DNA from: Spirochaetia bacterium
GTDB taxonomy: Bacteria; Spirochaetota; Spirochaetia; CADAEX01
Length of the DNA stretch: 64,000 nt
Direction of reading: 5' to 3'
NCBI GenBank assembly: GCA_963662795.1
Contig: OY759746.1
Span: 3,264,001-3,328,000 of the forward strand
Shown: positions 10,141 through 18,789 of the stretch, one piece after another
Layout: the number at the start of each line of letters is the position of its first letter
Position numbering within the stretch: the first letter of the stretch is position 1
Translations under genes and position numbers: made by a program
Notes under the pieces: generated by a model
Database searches by the model: none
What the model was told of the DNA's origin: nothing
Seen by the model: the letters and a program-made list of their open reading frames with translations, nothing else

Positions 10141-10964
10141 TCATTCTTTCCCCGCAGTCTGCTTGATGTTCTCACTCAACAGAAAAACCTGATAACAGTA
10201 AAAAAAAGCTTCAGGGTTTGTTTTCTTAAGTTTATTAAGACGCGTTTCAAAAGGCTGCTCTATAATTAAATCTGATATTTGAGCAGGCGAAACAAAGCGG
10301 ATAAAATGCTCCGCTTTGGTTTTAATCAGCATTGCACAATAAGCGGCGCGGGAAGCAAAAACAACAGCCCTTTCTATATGAAAATGCTCAGAATATATAA
10401 ACCTTGACATTTGCTTTATACCGTTCTGTAAAGCAGGAAAATCACCGCTGCCGCCTGATCCCCGTGTCGAGATACACATGGCTGTCCGGATTATTTCATC
10501 AATGACAATCAATCCGCTGTCTTTGATCTTTCGGTATCCAAGTTCAACAGATGCTATTTTCTCAAAAGTGCAGGCAACTAATTCTATGTCAGATATCATC
10601 TCAAAAAGAGTTCCGATATCATAGAGTTTCTTGATTATCTCCATTGAAGCGCAGTTTCCGTTTTTAATATTGGGAATGCCTGATGTATTAGGTGCAAAAG
10701 CTGTAAGCTTGTCTCCAAGGAGGTTTTCAAAATCAGCAGCTGATGGAACGATAATATCAATATCTATGGAAAATCGCTTCGGAAGCCCTGAAGCAGTATT
10801 ACAGCAGTTACCCCCTTAAATATATATGAAAGACCTGATAAGGAAAGTCCTTCAAGAAGCATAAATGCCCTGATCACCTTCTCAACCAGCATCCTGTCTG
10901 CGTTATGATTCTTTTCAGCAGTCTCACGTATCCATTCAACTGTTAATAATTCGTTTGTTATCAT
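10141..10964 (-). pseudogene. AbiEii-type nucleotidyltransferase toxin, frameshifted and internally deleted
   Basis: First frame: LVEKVIRAFMLLEGL...IFKGVTA (GGT altered). After a frameshift near 10785: PKRFSIDIDIIVPSAADFENLLGDKLTAFAPNTSGIP...SMEIIKKLYDIG, continuing into ORF 10141..10644. Confidence 0.85.
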
Positions 10965-12208
10965 ACTCCTGAATTCAAGTCATAATAAAAATACCTATCA
11001 AAATATTTATTCGCCACATATACAGCCGCACCTATCAAAACTCCTTTTTTGTCTTTAAAGCTGGTATACAGTATGTTGTAATTTTTTTTCATTTTTGTGA
11101 GTGCAATAGCAGAAACTTTTTTTCTTATGCTATTAATAAATATTTCATCAGGATCATTAAAATTATTTGCTATTACAATTAACTCCGGATCACATACCAT
11201 GCTTATGTTAGATATGGCGATAGCAAACCAATTACTCCATTCCTCAATTATTGAAAAAGCAATTTCATCATTTTCTTTATATGCTGAAAGTAAGTCTTCA
11301 ACAACTATTGATTTTTTATAATAAATTGAATCTGGTTTAAAGAGATAGAGGTTTTGAGCTTTCTCGATATATCTGTCAGAAGTCCCCAAAGTCTCAAAAC
11401 AACCTGTCCCTCCGCATTTACATATTTCAGTTGTAAATGGATCAAGTCGCATGTGGCCTATTTCACCTGAAAGACAATTTATCCCATGATCAAGTATGCC
11501 ATTAAGATAAAGACCGCCACCCAGTCCATTAGCACCACTGTTGATAACTAGGATATTTTTATACCCTTTCCCTATCCCTTTTTCATATTCAGCAAGAGAC
11601 AGAAATCTGTTTTGATTGTCAATATATATATTAAGATCCTGGTGTGTGTGCTTCTTAATATTTTGTACAATTGGTACTGGACTTTTCCATGAAGGAAATC
11701 TAGGAGATGTAAGCAAAAGCCCATTAATTTGGTCTGTTACTCCATTTGTAGCAATTGAGACCCCTAGAAGATTTCTTTGAATATATTCAGGAAGCTTTGA
11801 AATATAGTTAATAAAATCAGAAATAATTAATGTTACTTTTTCAAAATATTCGTCCTTTCTGATCTTCACTATTTTTTCTATTTCAAAAAATGATTTTGGA
11901 TCTGTTACTACGAGTTTTATGTTTTCATGAAGTATGTGAATACAAATTGTATACCCATACTTGTGATTAAAAATATATAATTCTGGTTTTTTCCCTCCAT
12001 TATTTGAAGAAATACCTTTTCCTGCTTTTAAAATAAGATTTTTTGATTCCAAGTCTTCAATGATTTTAATAACAGTAGTTTTGCTTAACTTCATTTTCCG
12101 GGATACATCTGTAATTGTAATTTCTTCAGAATTACGAAATAAATCGAGAACATTTTTTTGATTATTATATTTTAAATCTCTGGCTTTATAGCCTGCATGT
12201 GTATTCAA
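10961..12208 (-). CDS. ROK-family transcriptional repressor (NagC/XylR-like)
   Basis: N-terminal HTH (LSKTTVIKIIEDL, GGKKP), GLGGG, SGEIGH, CKCGGTGCFE. Confidence 0.93.
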   Translation of the reverse strand: MNTHAGYKARDLKYNNQKNVLDLFRNSEEITITDVSRKMKLSKTTVIKIIEDLESKNLILKAGKGISSNNGGKKPELYIFNHKYGYTICIHILHENIKLVVTDPKSFFEIEKIVKIRKDEYFEKVTLIISDFINYISKLPEYIQRNLLGVSIATNGVTDQINGLLLTSPRFPSWKSPVPIVQNIKKHTHQDLNIYIDNQNRFLSLAEYEKGIGKGYKNILVINSGANGLGGGLYLNGILDHGINCLSGEIGHMRLDPFTTEICKCGGTGCFETLGTSDRYIEKAQNLYLFKPDSIYYKKSIVVEDLLSAYKENDEIAFSIIEEWSNWFAIAISNISMVCDPELIVIANNFNDPDEIFINSIRKKVSAIALTKMKKNYNILYTSFKDKKGVLIGAAVYVANKYFDRYFYYDLNSGV

Positions 12209-12252
12209 AATATTATCCTTATAAAAAATAATAATTTAATTTAATTATATTG

Positions 12253-12319
12253 TAAACATTATTTATAAGATTATTTATAAATAATGTTTATAAAGTATGT
12301 TTATAAATATTATTTATAA
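12253..12319. promoter_or_regulatory. Perfect 16-bp inverted repeat and phased TTTATAA array (candidate operator)
   Basis: TAAACATTATTTATAA(12253-12268), 6 bp, TTATAAATAATGTTTA(12275-12290); TTTATAA at 12262, 12274, 12287, 12300, 12313. Confidence 0.55.
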
Positions 12320-12325
12320 TTATCG

Positions 12326-12353
12326 TTGACAAACACTAAATCTATGGTATTAT
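12326..12353 (+). promoter_or_regulatory. Sigma70-type promoter of the ABC operon
   Basis: TTGACA(12326-12331), 16 bp, TATTAT(12348-12353) preceded by TG-N. Confidence 0.6.
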
Positions 12354-12499
12354 TTTAATATACTATCAAGCAATAACATGGGAATATTACTGGTTTCGGT
12401 TATATGTATTGACTTGCTGTATCCTGATATAAGTTCTGAAAAAAAATAAAGGCAGCTTGGGGATTACTGTAAAAATATTTATAATTTATGGAGGTTTTT

Positions 12500-13681
12500 A
12501 TGAAAAAACTTTTCTTCTTTGTATTGATGGTTGTAATTGTTTGCAGCCTTGCATTGGCGAGTGGGAAAAAAGAAGCTCAAAGCACTTCATCCAAAACAGA
12601 CCCCGCTGTAATAATACAGCAGGTTACACAGATGACTATGGCAGAACTTACAGAGCAGGCAAAAAAAGAAGGTAGAGTCATCTGTTATACTTGGTCAAAT
12701 GAAGATTACTGGAAAGATCTTGGGGATGAATTTGAAAAAGATTATGGAATTAAAGTAGAGGTTATTCTAGCCGAACAAAGACCCGCAATAAGTAAAGCTC
12801 TATCAGAAAAAGATGGAAAAACAGGATCCTATGATGTTATGAGAGTCGGAGGAGACAGTGTCTCAATTGGTTTGTCAGCAAACTTATATCATGGGCCTAT
12901 CCTTAATAGTATATCTGTAAAAGACAAGCTCGACCCAGCTCTTTCTGTTAGGCAGGAAGGTGTTGTAACAAATGGTTATTTAGTTCCTTTTATGCAGAAT
13001 CAAGCATGTTTTGCTTATAATCCAAAAACAGTTAAAAACCCACCACAAACATGGGCAGAGCTAGAAAAATGGATAGAGAATAATCCAATGAAATTTGGAT
13101 TTTGTCCACCAGACAAAGGTGGATCAGGCCAAGCATTTGTTTTGGCAGCAATTAAACAACTTACAGGAGGCCTGGATCAATACTATCCAGATACCGAACT
13201 TGATGAGGAAAAAGTAAAGAAATGGGATAATGTTTGGGATTGGATGAATTCCTATAAGAAAAAAGTAACATTAACAACTTCAAATAAAGATTCTCTTTCC
13301 AGATTGAACCAAGGAGAACTTGATCTAGTTGCTGCATGGGCTGATAACGTATATTTGGCTGTAAAAGCAGGAGAACTTTTCAAGGATATTGGCGTATACA
13401 TCCCTGAATTTGGTATGCCTGGAGGAGGAGATTCTGTTGGTCTAATTAAAAATGCTCCCCACCCAGCAGCAGGATATTTATTTATAAATTATCTTGTTTC
13501 TGACAAAGCTCAAAAAATGGGTGTTAACAGATTAACTGGAACTCCTGCCCGAACTGATATTGAAGCAGCACATAAATATATTACAGAAAGAGATCTTAAA
13601 TATAAGCTTGCTTGGATTCCTGCTTTTTATAAGGGCAGATTTAAAGAAGATTTTACAAAATATGTTTTAATGGTTAGATAA
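12500..13681 (+). CDS. ABC solute-binding protein (PotD/YnjB-like class)
   Basis: Signal peptide, AKKEGRVICYTW, PPQTWAEL, NAPHPAAGYLFINYL; GGAGG RBS. Confidence 0.88.
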   Translation: MKKLFFFVLMVVIVCSLALASGKKEAQSTSSKTDPAVIIQQVTQMTMAELTEQAKKEGRVICYTWSNEDYWKDLGDEFEKDYGIKVEVILAEQRPAISKALSEKDGKTGSYDVMRVGGDSVSIGLSANLYHGPILNSISVKDKLDPALSVRQEGVVTNGYLVPFMQNQACFAYNPKTVKNPPQTWAELEKWIENNPMKFGFCPPDKGGSGQAFVLAAIKQLTGGLDQYYPDTELDEEKVKKWDNVWDWMNSYKKKVTLTTSNKDSLSRLNQGELDLVAAWADNVYLAVKAGELFKDIGVYIPEFGMPGGGDSVGLIKNAPHPAAGYLFINYLVSDKAQKMGVNRLTGTPARTDIEAAHKYITERDLKYKLAWIPAFYKGRFKEDFTKYVLMVR

Positions 13682-13700
13682 TCCTATATTCAAATATTAA

Positions 13701-13739
13701 TATAGTATACCGGTAGTTACCGGTATACTATAAAAAAAA
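13701..13739. terminator. Long perfect hairpin after the solute-binding gene
   Basis: TATAGTATACCGGTA-GT-TACCGGTATACTATA then an A-tract. Confidence 0.7.
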
Positions 13740-13757
13740 TGTTCTGAGGGGTGATAC

Positions 13758-14642
13758 ATGAAAAAATTGTTTATTGGGGTTAATGTTCCTAAGGCAGTGC
13801 CAATTACTGGATTATCAGAATATTTTAATACTGTAATAGAAAATGGATTCAACTGTGTTGAATTTGGTCTTTCAACTTTTCCAATTATAACTAACGGTTT
13901 TGTAAAAGAAGATTTTATAGATTATTTGAAACCAATATTTAAAAAACATTTCTTAAAATACTCTGCCCACATTGGGATGGGGCTAAATCTTCGTAATACT
14001 GAAGAATATGAGTTACATAAACAAGTATTGAAAGCATCAATTGATATTTGTGAAAAACTTAATTTAAATCCTTTAACCCTTCATTTTGAAGAAAGTTCAA
14101 AGTTTACTGATATTGAAGAAAAATTTTTTAAAGCACATGAAGAAGCAGCGACTTACGCTGAGAACAAAGGTGTTTTATTGTGTATGGAAAATATCGAAAT
14201 TGAAGTACATACAAAAGTTGTAGACATGATTAAAAGTATTGATCATAAGAATCTCAAGATGACACTTGATACAGGACATTTATATTTATCAACAAATTAT
14301 TTTGGTTACAATTATGATAAAGCAATTGAAGAATGTGCACCATATGTATCTCATCTACACCTAAGTGATAATATTGGACGATTTCAAAAGATGCGCCTTG
14401 ATAATTTTGATTTATACAGAACATTACCTCTGCCGTATAGAACAGCTTTTGGGTATGGTGATTTGCACATTCCCCCATTCTGGGGCGAAATTAACTTCGA
14501 AACTACGTTAAAGACACTTATTGCCCATGAATATAACGGATACTTTCTTTGTGAATATAACAGTAATTTATATGAACCATTTAATAAGAATATCCAAGAT
14601 AAAGTTCGTATGACTATTGAGAAATTATTTTTGGAGGGATAG
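13758..14642 (+). CDS. Xylose-isomerase-like TIM-barrel (sugar phosphate isomerase/epimerase family)
   Basis: LCMEN, TLDTGH, HLHLSDN, DLHIPP, LCEY metal motifs. Confidence 0.85.
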   Translation: MKKLFIGVNVPKAVPITGLSEYFNTVIENGFNCVEFGLSTFPIITNGFVKEDFIDYLKPIFKKHFLKYSAHIGMGLNLRNTEEYELHKQVLKASIDICEKLNLNPLTLHFEESSKFTDIEEKFFKAHEEAATYAENKGVLLCMENIEIEVHTKVVDMIKSIDHKNLKMTLDTGHLYLSTNYFGYNYDKAIEECAPYVSHLHLSDNIGRFQKMRLDNFDLYRTLPLPYRTAFGYGDLHIPPFWGEINFETTLKTLIAHEYNGYFLCEYNSNLYEPFNKNIQDKVRMTIEKLFLEG

Positions 14643-15716
14643 ATGCTGACTAATTATAGCCTTTCAGTAAGCAGTGTCAGCAAATATTTTGGCACATTTA
14701 AAGCATTAAACAATATTACTTTTAATGTAAAAAAAGGAGAATTTGTAACATTACTGGGGCCCTCGGGTTGTGGTAAAACAACGTTGCTAAGGATAATTGC
14801 AGGGTTTATTGATCCTGAAGAAGGGACCATAATGTTTGGAGATAGAATAGTTAACGATGTTCCTCCGAATAAGCGCAACACTGCTATGTGTTTTCAATCC
14901 TATGCCCTTTTTCCTCATAAGAGTGTTTATGAAAACGTTAGGTTCGGTCTTAGAATGAGAAAGGTTCCTGAAAATTTACATAAAGAAAAAGTAGAAGAAG
15001 CCATGAAAATGGTTAACTTGACAGGACTTGAGCAAAGAAGACCTTACGAACTTTCAGGAGGTCAGCAACAGCGTGTCGCATTGGCCCGTTCAATAGTTGT
15101 CAAACCTGAAATACTTCTTTTTGATGAACCATTATCAAATCTGGATGCTAAACTCAGAGAAAAAGTTCGTATTGAGATTCGCGAGCTTCAAAGAAGAATG
15201 GGAATTACTACAATTTATGTTACGCATGACCAATCTGAAGCTCTGGCAATATCAGATAAAATTATATCGATGAATAACGGAACAATTTTACAGGAAGCTG
15301 ATCCAAGAACTATTTATGAATCTCCCAATAATAAATTTGTTGCTGATTTTATTGGTGTAGCAAATATTATTACGGGAAAAATCATGAGAAAAACAGAAAA
15401 CATCTGTGTTTTTAATACTGAAATAGGTGAATTATCAACCACCGGATATTTTGATTCTAGATCTGATACCGTTTCTTTGTGCATACGGCCTGAAGATTTT
15501 TCTCCTTTATTAAAAGGAGAAAAACCTACAAATACAAATATTGTTACAGGAAGGGTGAAAAATTCTGTATATATGGGTAATATGCTGGACCTTTTTATAG
15601 AAGTTAATAACTACGTTTTACGTGGTAATGTTTCCAATGACAATGATATTGAACAGGGTACAATCATTGATATTGGAATCCCTTACAACAAAATACACAT
15701 TGTTAATGAGGCATAA
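14643..15716 (+). CDS. ABC ATP-binding protein (PotA/FbpC-like)
   Basis: GPSGCGKT, LSGGQQQRVALAR, LLFDEP, C-terminal TOBE-like region. Confidence 0.95.
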   Translation: MLTNYSLSVSSVSKYFGTFKALNNITFNVKKGEFVTLLGPSGCGKTTLLRIIAGFIDPEEGTIMFGDRIVNDVPPNKRNTAMCFQSYALFPHKSVYENVRFGLRMRKVPENLHKEKVEEAMKMVNLTGLEQRRPYELSGGQQQRVALARSIVVKPEILLFDEPLSNLDAKLREKVRIEIRELQRRMGITTIYVTHDQSEALAISDKIISMNNGTILQEADPRTIYESPNNKFVADFIGVANIITGKIMRKTENICVFNTEIGELSTTGYFDSRSDTVSLCIRPEDFSPLLKGEKPTNTNIVTGRVKNSVYMGNMLDLFIEVNNYVLRGNVSNDNDIEQGTIIDIGIPYNKIHIVNEA

Positions 15717-16571
15717 TTGATAATGAATAAAAAAAATAAATTTGTTTGGGGATATTTGCTATTAATACCAGGTATAGGATATATAACACTTTTAATTACT
15801 GTCTCTGTTGTTATCATGTTTATGCAAAGTATTGGATTCTATAATTTCACTGGAACTTCAGGATTTACACTAATACACTGGAAAACACTGTTTAATGAAG
15901 TATTTTGGGATTCACTACTTTTTTCTCTAAAGATGGGTATTGGCAGCTCAATGATAAGCATAATTATTTGTTATCCTCTCGCTATATTGTTGCAGAAAGC
16001 GCCTGGGAAAAAAACACTTTTATCTTTAATGAAAATACCTATGTTCATCCCAGGGTTGGTTGCCTCTTTTTTAATAATAAATTTAATTGATTATCATGGT
16101 ATTCTCAATGTGTTTCTCCTGTGGATAGGAGTTATAGAGGAACCGCTACGATTGAGAAATGATGATTATGGTATAGGTGCATTAATGATTTTAATCTGGA
16201 AGAATGTCCCTTTTCAAATGATTATAATGTATTCGGCTATCGACGCCATACGAAAAGATGTAATTAATGCTGCTAAAAACTTGGGAGCGACACCTTTTCA
16301 AGTATTATACGATATAATTATTCCAATCACGCTACCATCAGCTTTAGTTGCAATAATACTTGTTTTTATACGCAGCTTTTATAATTTTGCAATAATCAGT
16401 ACGGCTGGACCTCTCTACCCATCCAATATTTCCGCACTAATGTATAAAAATGCTTTTTTATTTGACAGATGGAATACATCGGCATGTATTGGAGTTATTA
16501 TGATGATTTCGTCTATTTTATTTATTAGTATTTATACTCTTATTGGTAAAAAACTAGCAAGATTACACTAA
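15717..16571 (+). CDS. ABC permease (PotB-like)
   Basis: About 6 TM; EAA-like loop NAAKNLGA. Confidence 0.9.
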   Translation: MIMNKKNKFVWGYLLLIPGIGYITLLITVSVVIMFMQSIGFYNFTGTSGFTLIHWKTLFNEVFWDSLLFSLKMGIGSSMISIIICYPLAILLQKAPGKKTLLSLMKIPMFIPGLVASFLIINLIDYHGILNVFLLWIGVIEEPLRLRNDDYGIGALMILIWKNVPFQMIIMYSAIDAIRKDVINAAKNLGATPFQVLYDIIIPITLPSALVAIILVFIRSFYNFAIISTAGPLYPSNISALMYKNAFLFDRWNTSACIGVIMMISSILFISIYTLIGKKLARLH

Positions 16572-16582
16572 AGAGGTAAAAA

Positions 16583-17437
16583 TTGATTAATTCGAGAAAA
16601 CATGGAATATCACTTACAAAAAAACTATCTTTATATCTTATTCCTTTTTCTGTTGGTATAATATTTTTAGCATGGGTAGTTTTGCCAATAGTAATGGCAC
16701 TGTTGTGGTCACTTGTCAATCCTGAATATTCATGGTCATATCCAGATCTCTTTCCGAAATCATTTTCCTTGTATCATTGGAAATATATTTTTAAGTATTC
16801 CAATATTGTTTCCTCAATTTATAATAGCTTAATAATTGCAGTCTGCTCTACATTGTTGTCCTTTGTTCTTTCGCTTCCTACAGCATATGCATTGGGGCGA
16901 CTCGATTTAAAAGGAAAAGAGATTTTTAAAATTATAATTCTTATCCCACTAATTTTTCCTGGAATGTCAATGGCATTGTTTTTGGGTAGATTTTTATTTA
17001 TGCTCGGTCTTTCTCAGACATATATAGGTGTAATAATGGCACACACACTCATCGGTATTCCATATATGCTTAGGGTTTTAATAGTAAACTTTGAATCCCT
17101 GCCTCAAGAATTGATTGATGCTGCAGAAAATCTGGGGGCAGGGGGTATGGTAAAATTTACTGAGATAGTATTACCTTTGATACTCCCTGGAATAGTGTCT
17201 GGATCAATCTTTACTTTTATAATGAGCATGGAAGAATTCAATCTTACTTTTGTTATTGGAATTCCTAACATAAACACGATTCCTACAATACTTTTTTCAT
17301 ATCTTGGAGAAAATTTTTATAGAACAGCGGCTTCGGTTGTTTCTCTAATTCTTGTCATCCCCAACATAACAGCCTTGATTATAACAGAACAGCAAATAAA
17401 GACTGAATATTTAGGGGCTTCTTTAGGAAAAATGTAA
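16583..17437 (+). CDS. ABC permease (PotC-like)
   Basis: About 6 TM; DAAENLGA. Confidence 0.9.
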   Translation: MINSRKHGISLTKKLSLYLIPFSVGIIFLAWVVLPIVMALLWSLVNPEYSWSYPDLFPKSFSLYHWKYIFKYSNIVSSIYNSLIIAVCSTLLSFVLSLPTAYALGRLDLKGKEIFKIIILIPLIFPGMSMALFLGRFLFMLGLSQTYIGVIMAHTLIGIPYMLRVLIVNFESLPQELIDAAENLGAGGMVKFTEIVLPLILPGIVSGSIFTFIMSMEEFNLTFVIGIPNINTIPTILFSYLGENFYRTAASVVSLILVIPNITALIITEQQIKTEYLGASLGKM

Positions 17438-17466
17438 TAATGCATTTATAATACGAATTCAGGACT

Positions 17467-18206
17467 TTAAATTTCTTCCTGTTCATGATTATTTTCTGTC
17501 CTGTTTATTATATCCCGCATAAAAACATCCCTGTTTCGACGTTTCGCGTACCTCTTCAGTCTACCGGTGTTTATGGTGTATTTATTAAAAGCATTCCTTA
17601 AGACATTAACAAGTTCATTTCCCTTAAGAAAACTGAAAAGCTTTTCTGCACTAAGGTCAACCATGATTTTTTCAAGGGAGGGGACAGGTATATTCTCTTT
17701 ATTAACGAGAGGGGCCTCACTCGGGAGAGTTTTTACGACAATTGCGTCACTGACATCAGGAAGATAGTTATCAAATATTTCATCTGACGGTTCCTTAAAA
17801 ACATTTTTTTCCGTAGTTTTTAACAGGAAAAAAACTGAATCAACAGTATCCTTTTCTGCCTCTACAATAAGATAATTATTCTTCGCAATGTGATGATAAA
17901 ACCCGGCAATAACACCGGCAGGCCATATGCAGAAACGGACCAGGGGATAATTTCCCCTGATACTCATCGAAATTTTCCTTTGACAGGCATCTATTTCCCA
18001 GGAAAAATCAATTTTCTTGCCATGGGAAAACAATCCTCGCCCTGTCCGCTTTATCACCCATTTCCTGACAAGATCATATACCCTCTAGTTCACAGTAGAG
18101 CGGTGGATATCCTTTTCCCATTGAGTGTAAAAATTATACAATTCGTGGTGGTAAAGGTTTTGCGGTTTTGAAAGTATTCTGAAATCATATTTTTATTAAT
18201 CTTCAT
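17467..18206 (-). pseudogene. AbiEi-like antitoxin (DUF6577-like), frameshifted with a nonsense codon
   Basis: ATG 18206 MKINKNMISEYFQNRKTFTT, frameshift to ELYNFYTQWEKDIHRSTVN*RVYDLV (TAG at 18085-18087), then in frame with ORF 17467..18057 (RTGRGLF, FCIW, IVEAEKD, SEAPL, VPSLEKIMVDL). Confidence 0.8.
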
Positions 18207-18440
18207 AACAATTTAATTATATCAAATTATCGGCAAAATATCGATAAAATTGCTGTTAATTTGTTGTTATTTATTTTTCCCCAGCAGATGGTTAAAAAGC
18301 TATAAAGAATAGCTTAAGTAATATGTTAAATTATAAAAGGGCAGAATCAGACTGACATTATAAAATCTGTGTACCAATTAATCGGGCGCAATCAGATCGA
18401 ATTCTGATATTTCCCGGCGCCGATTGATTGATGGATTAAT

Positions 18441-18475
18441 AAAAAAACCCTGACTCGTTATAAACAAGTCAGGGT
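18441..18475 (-). terminator. Intrinsic terminator after tRNA-Phe
   Basis: ACCCTGACT...AGTCAGGGT stem with a T-tract on the minus strand. Confidence 0.8.
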
Positions 18476-18484
18476 AGTTATAAG

Positions 18485-18557
<73 letters not shown>

Positions 18558-18789
18558 AAATACGAAGTAATATATATATCACCGGGGAAAAAATGTCAAT
18601 ATTTATCAGTTATTTTTGTTGGAATAAATAACGTCGTGGATAAAAGGAATCCGGAAAAGCGCAAAATATAAGAATTGACCGGCTGTTCCCTTTTCTCTGA
18701 TGTTACTTGAAAATATTATCCAATAAATATATTATGTGAAATCAAAAAGACAATTACTTAAGACTTTAAAGTGTTACCCGGGAGGATAA

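Larger units (their letters stand above)
954..18484. mobile_element. Genomic/defence island between convergent tRNAs (boundaries approximate, no integrase seen)
   Basis: RM, nuclease, TA remnants and a catabolic cassette with visibly heterogeneous base composition; core genes on both sides. Confidence 0.6.
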
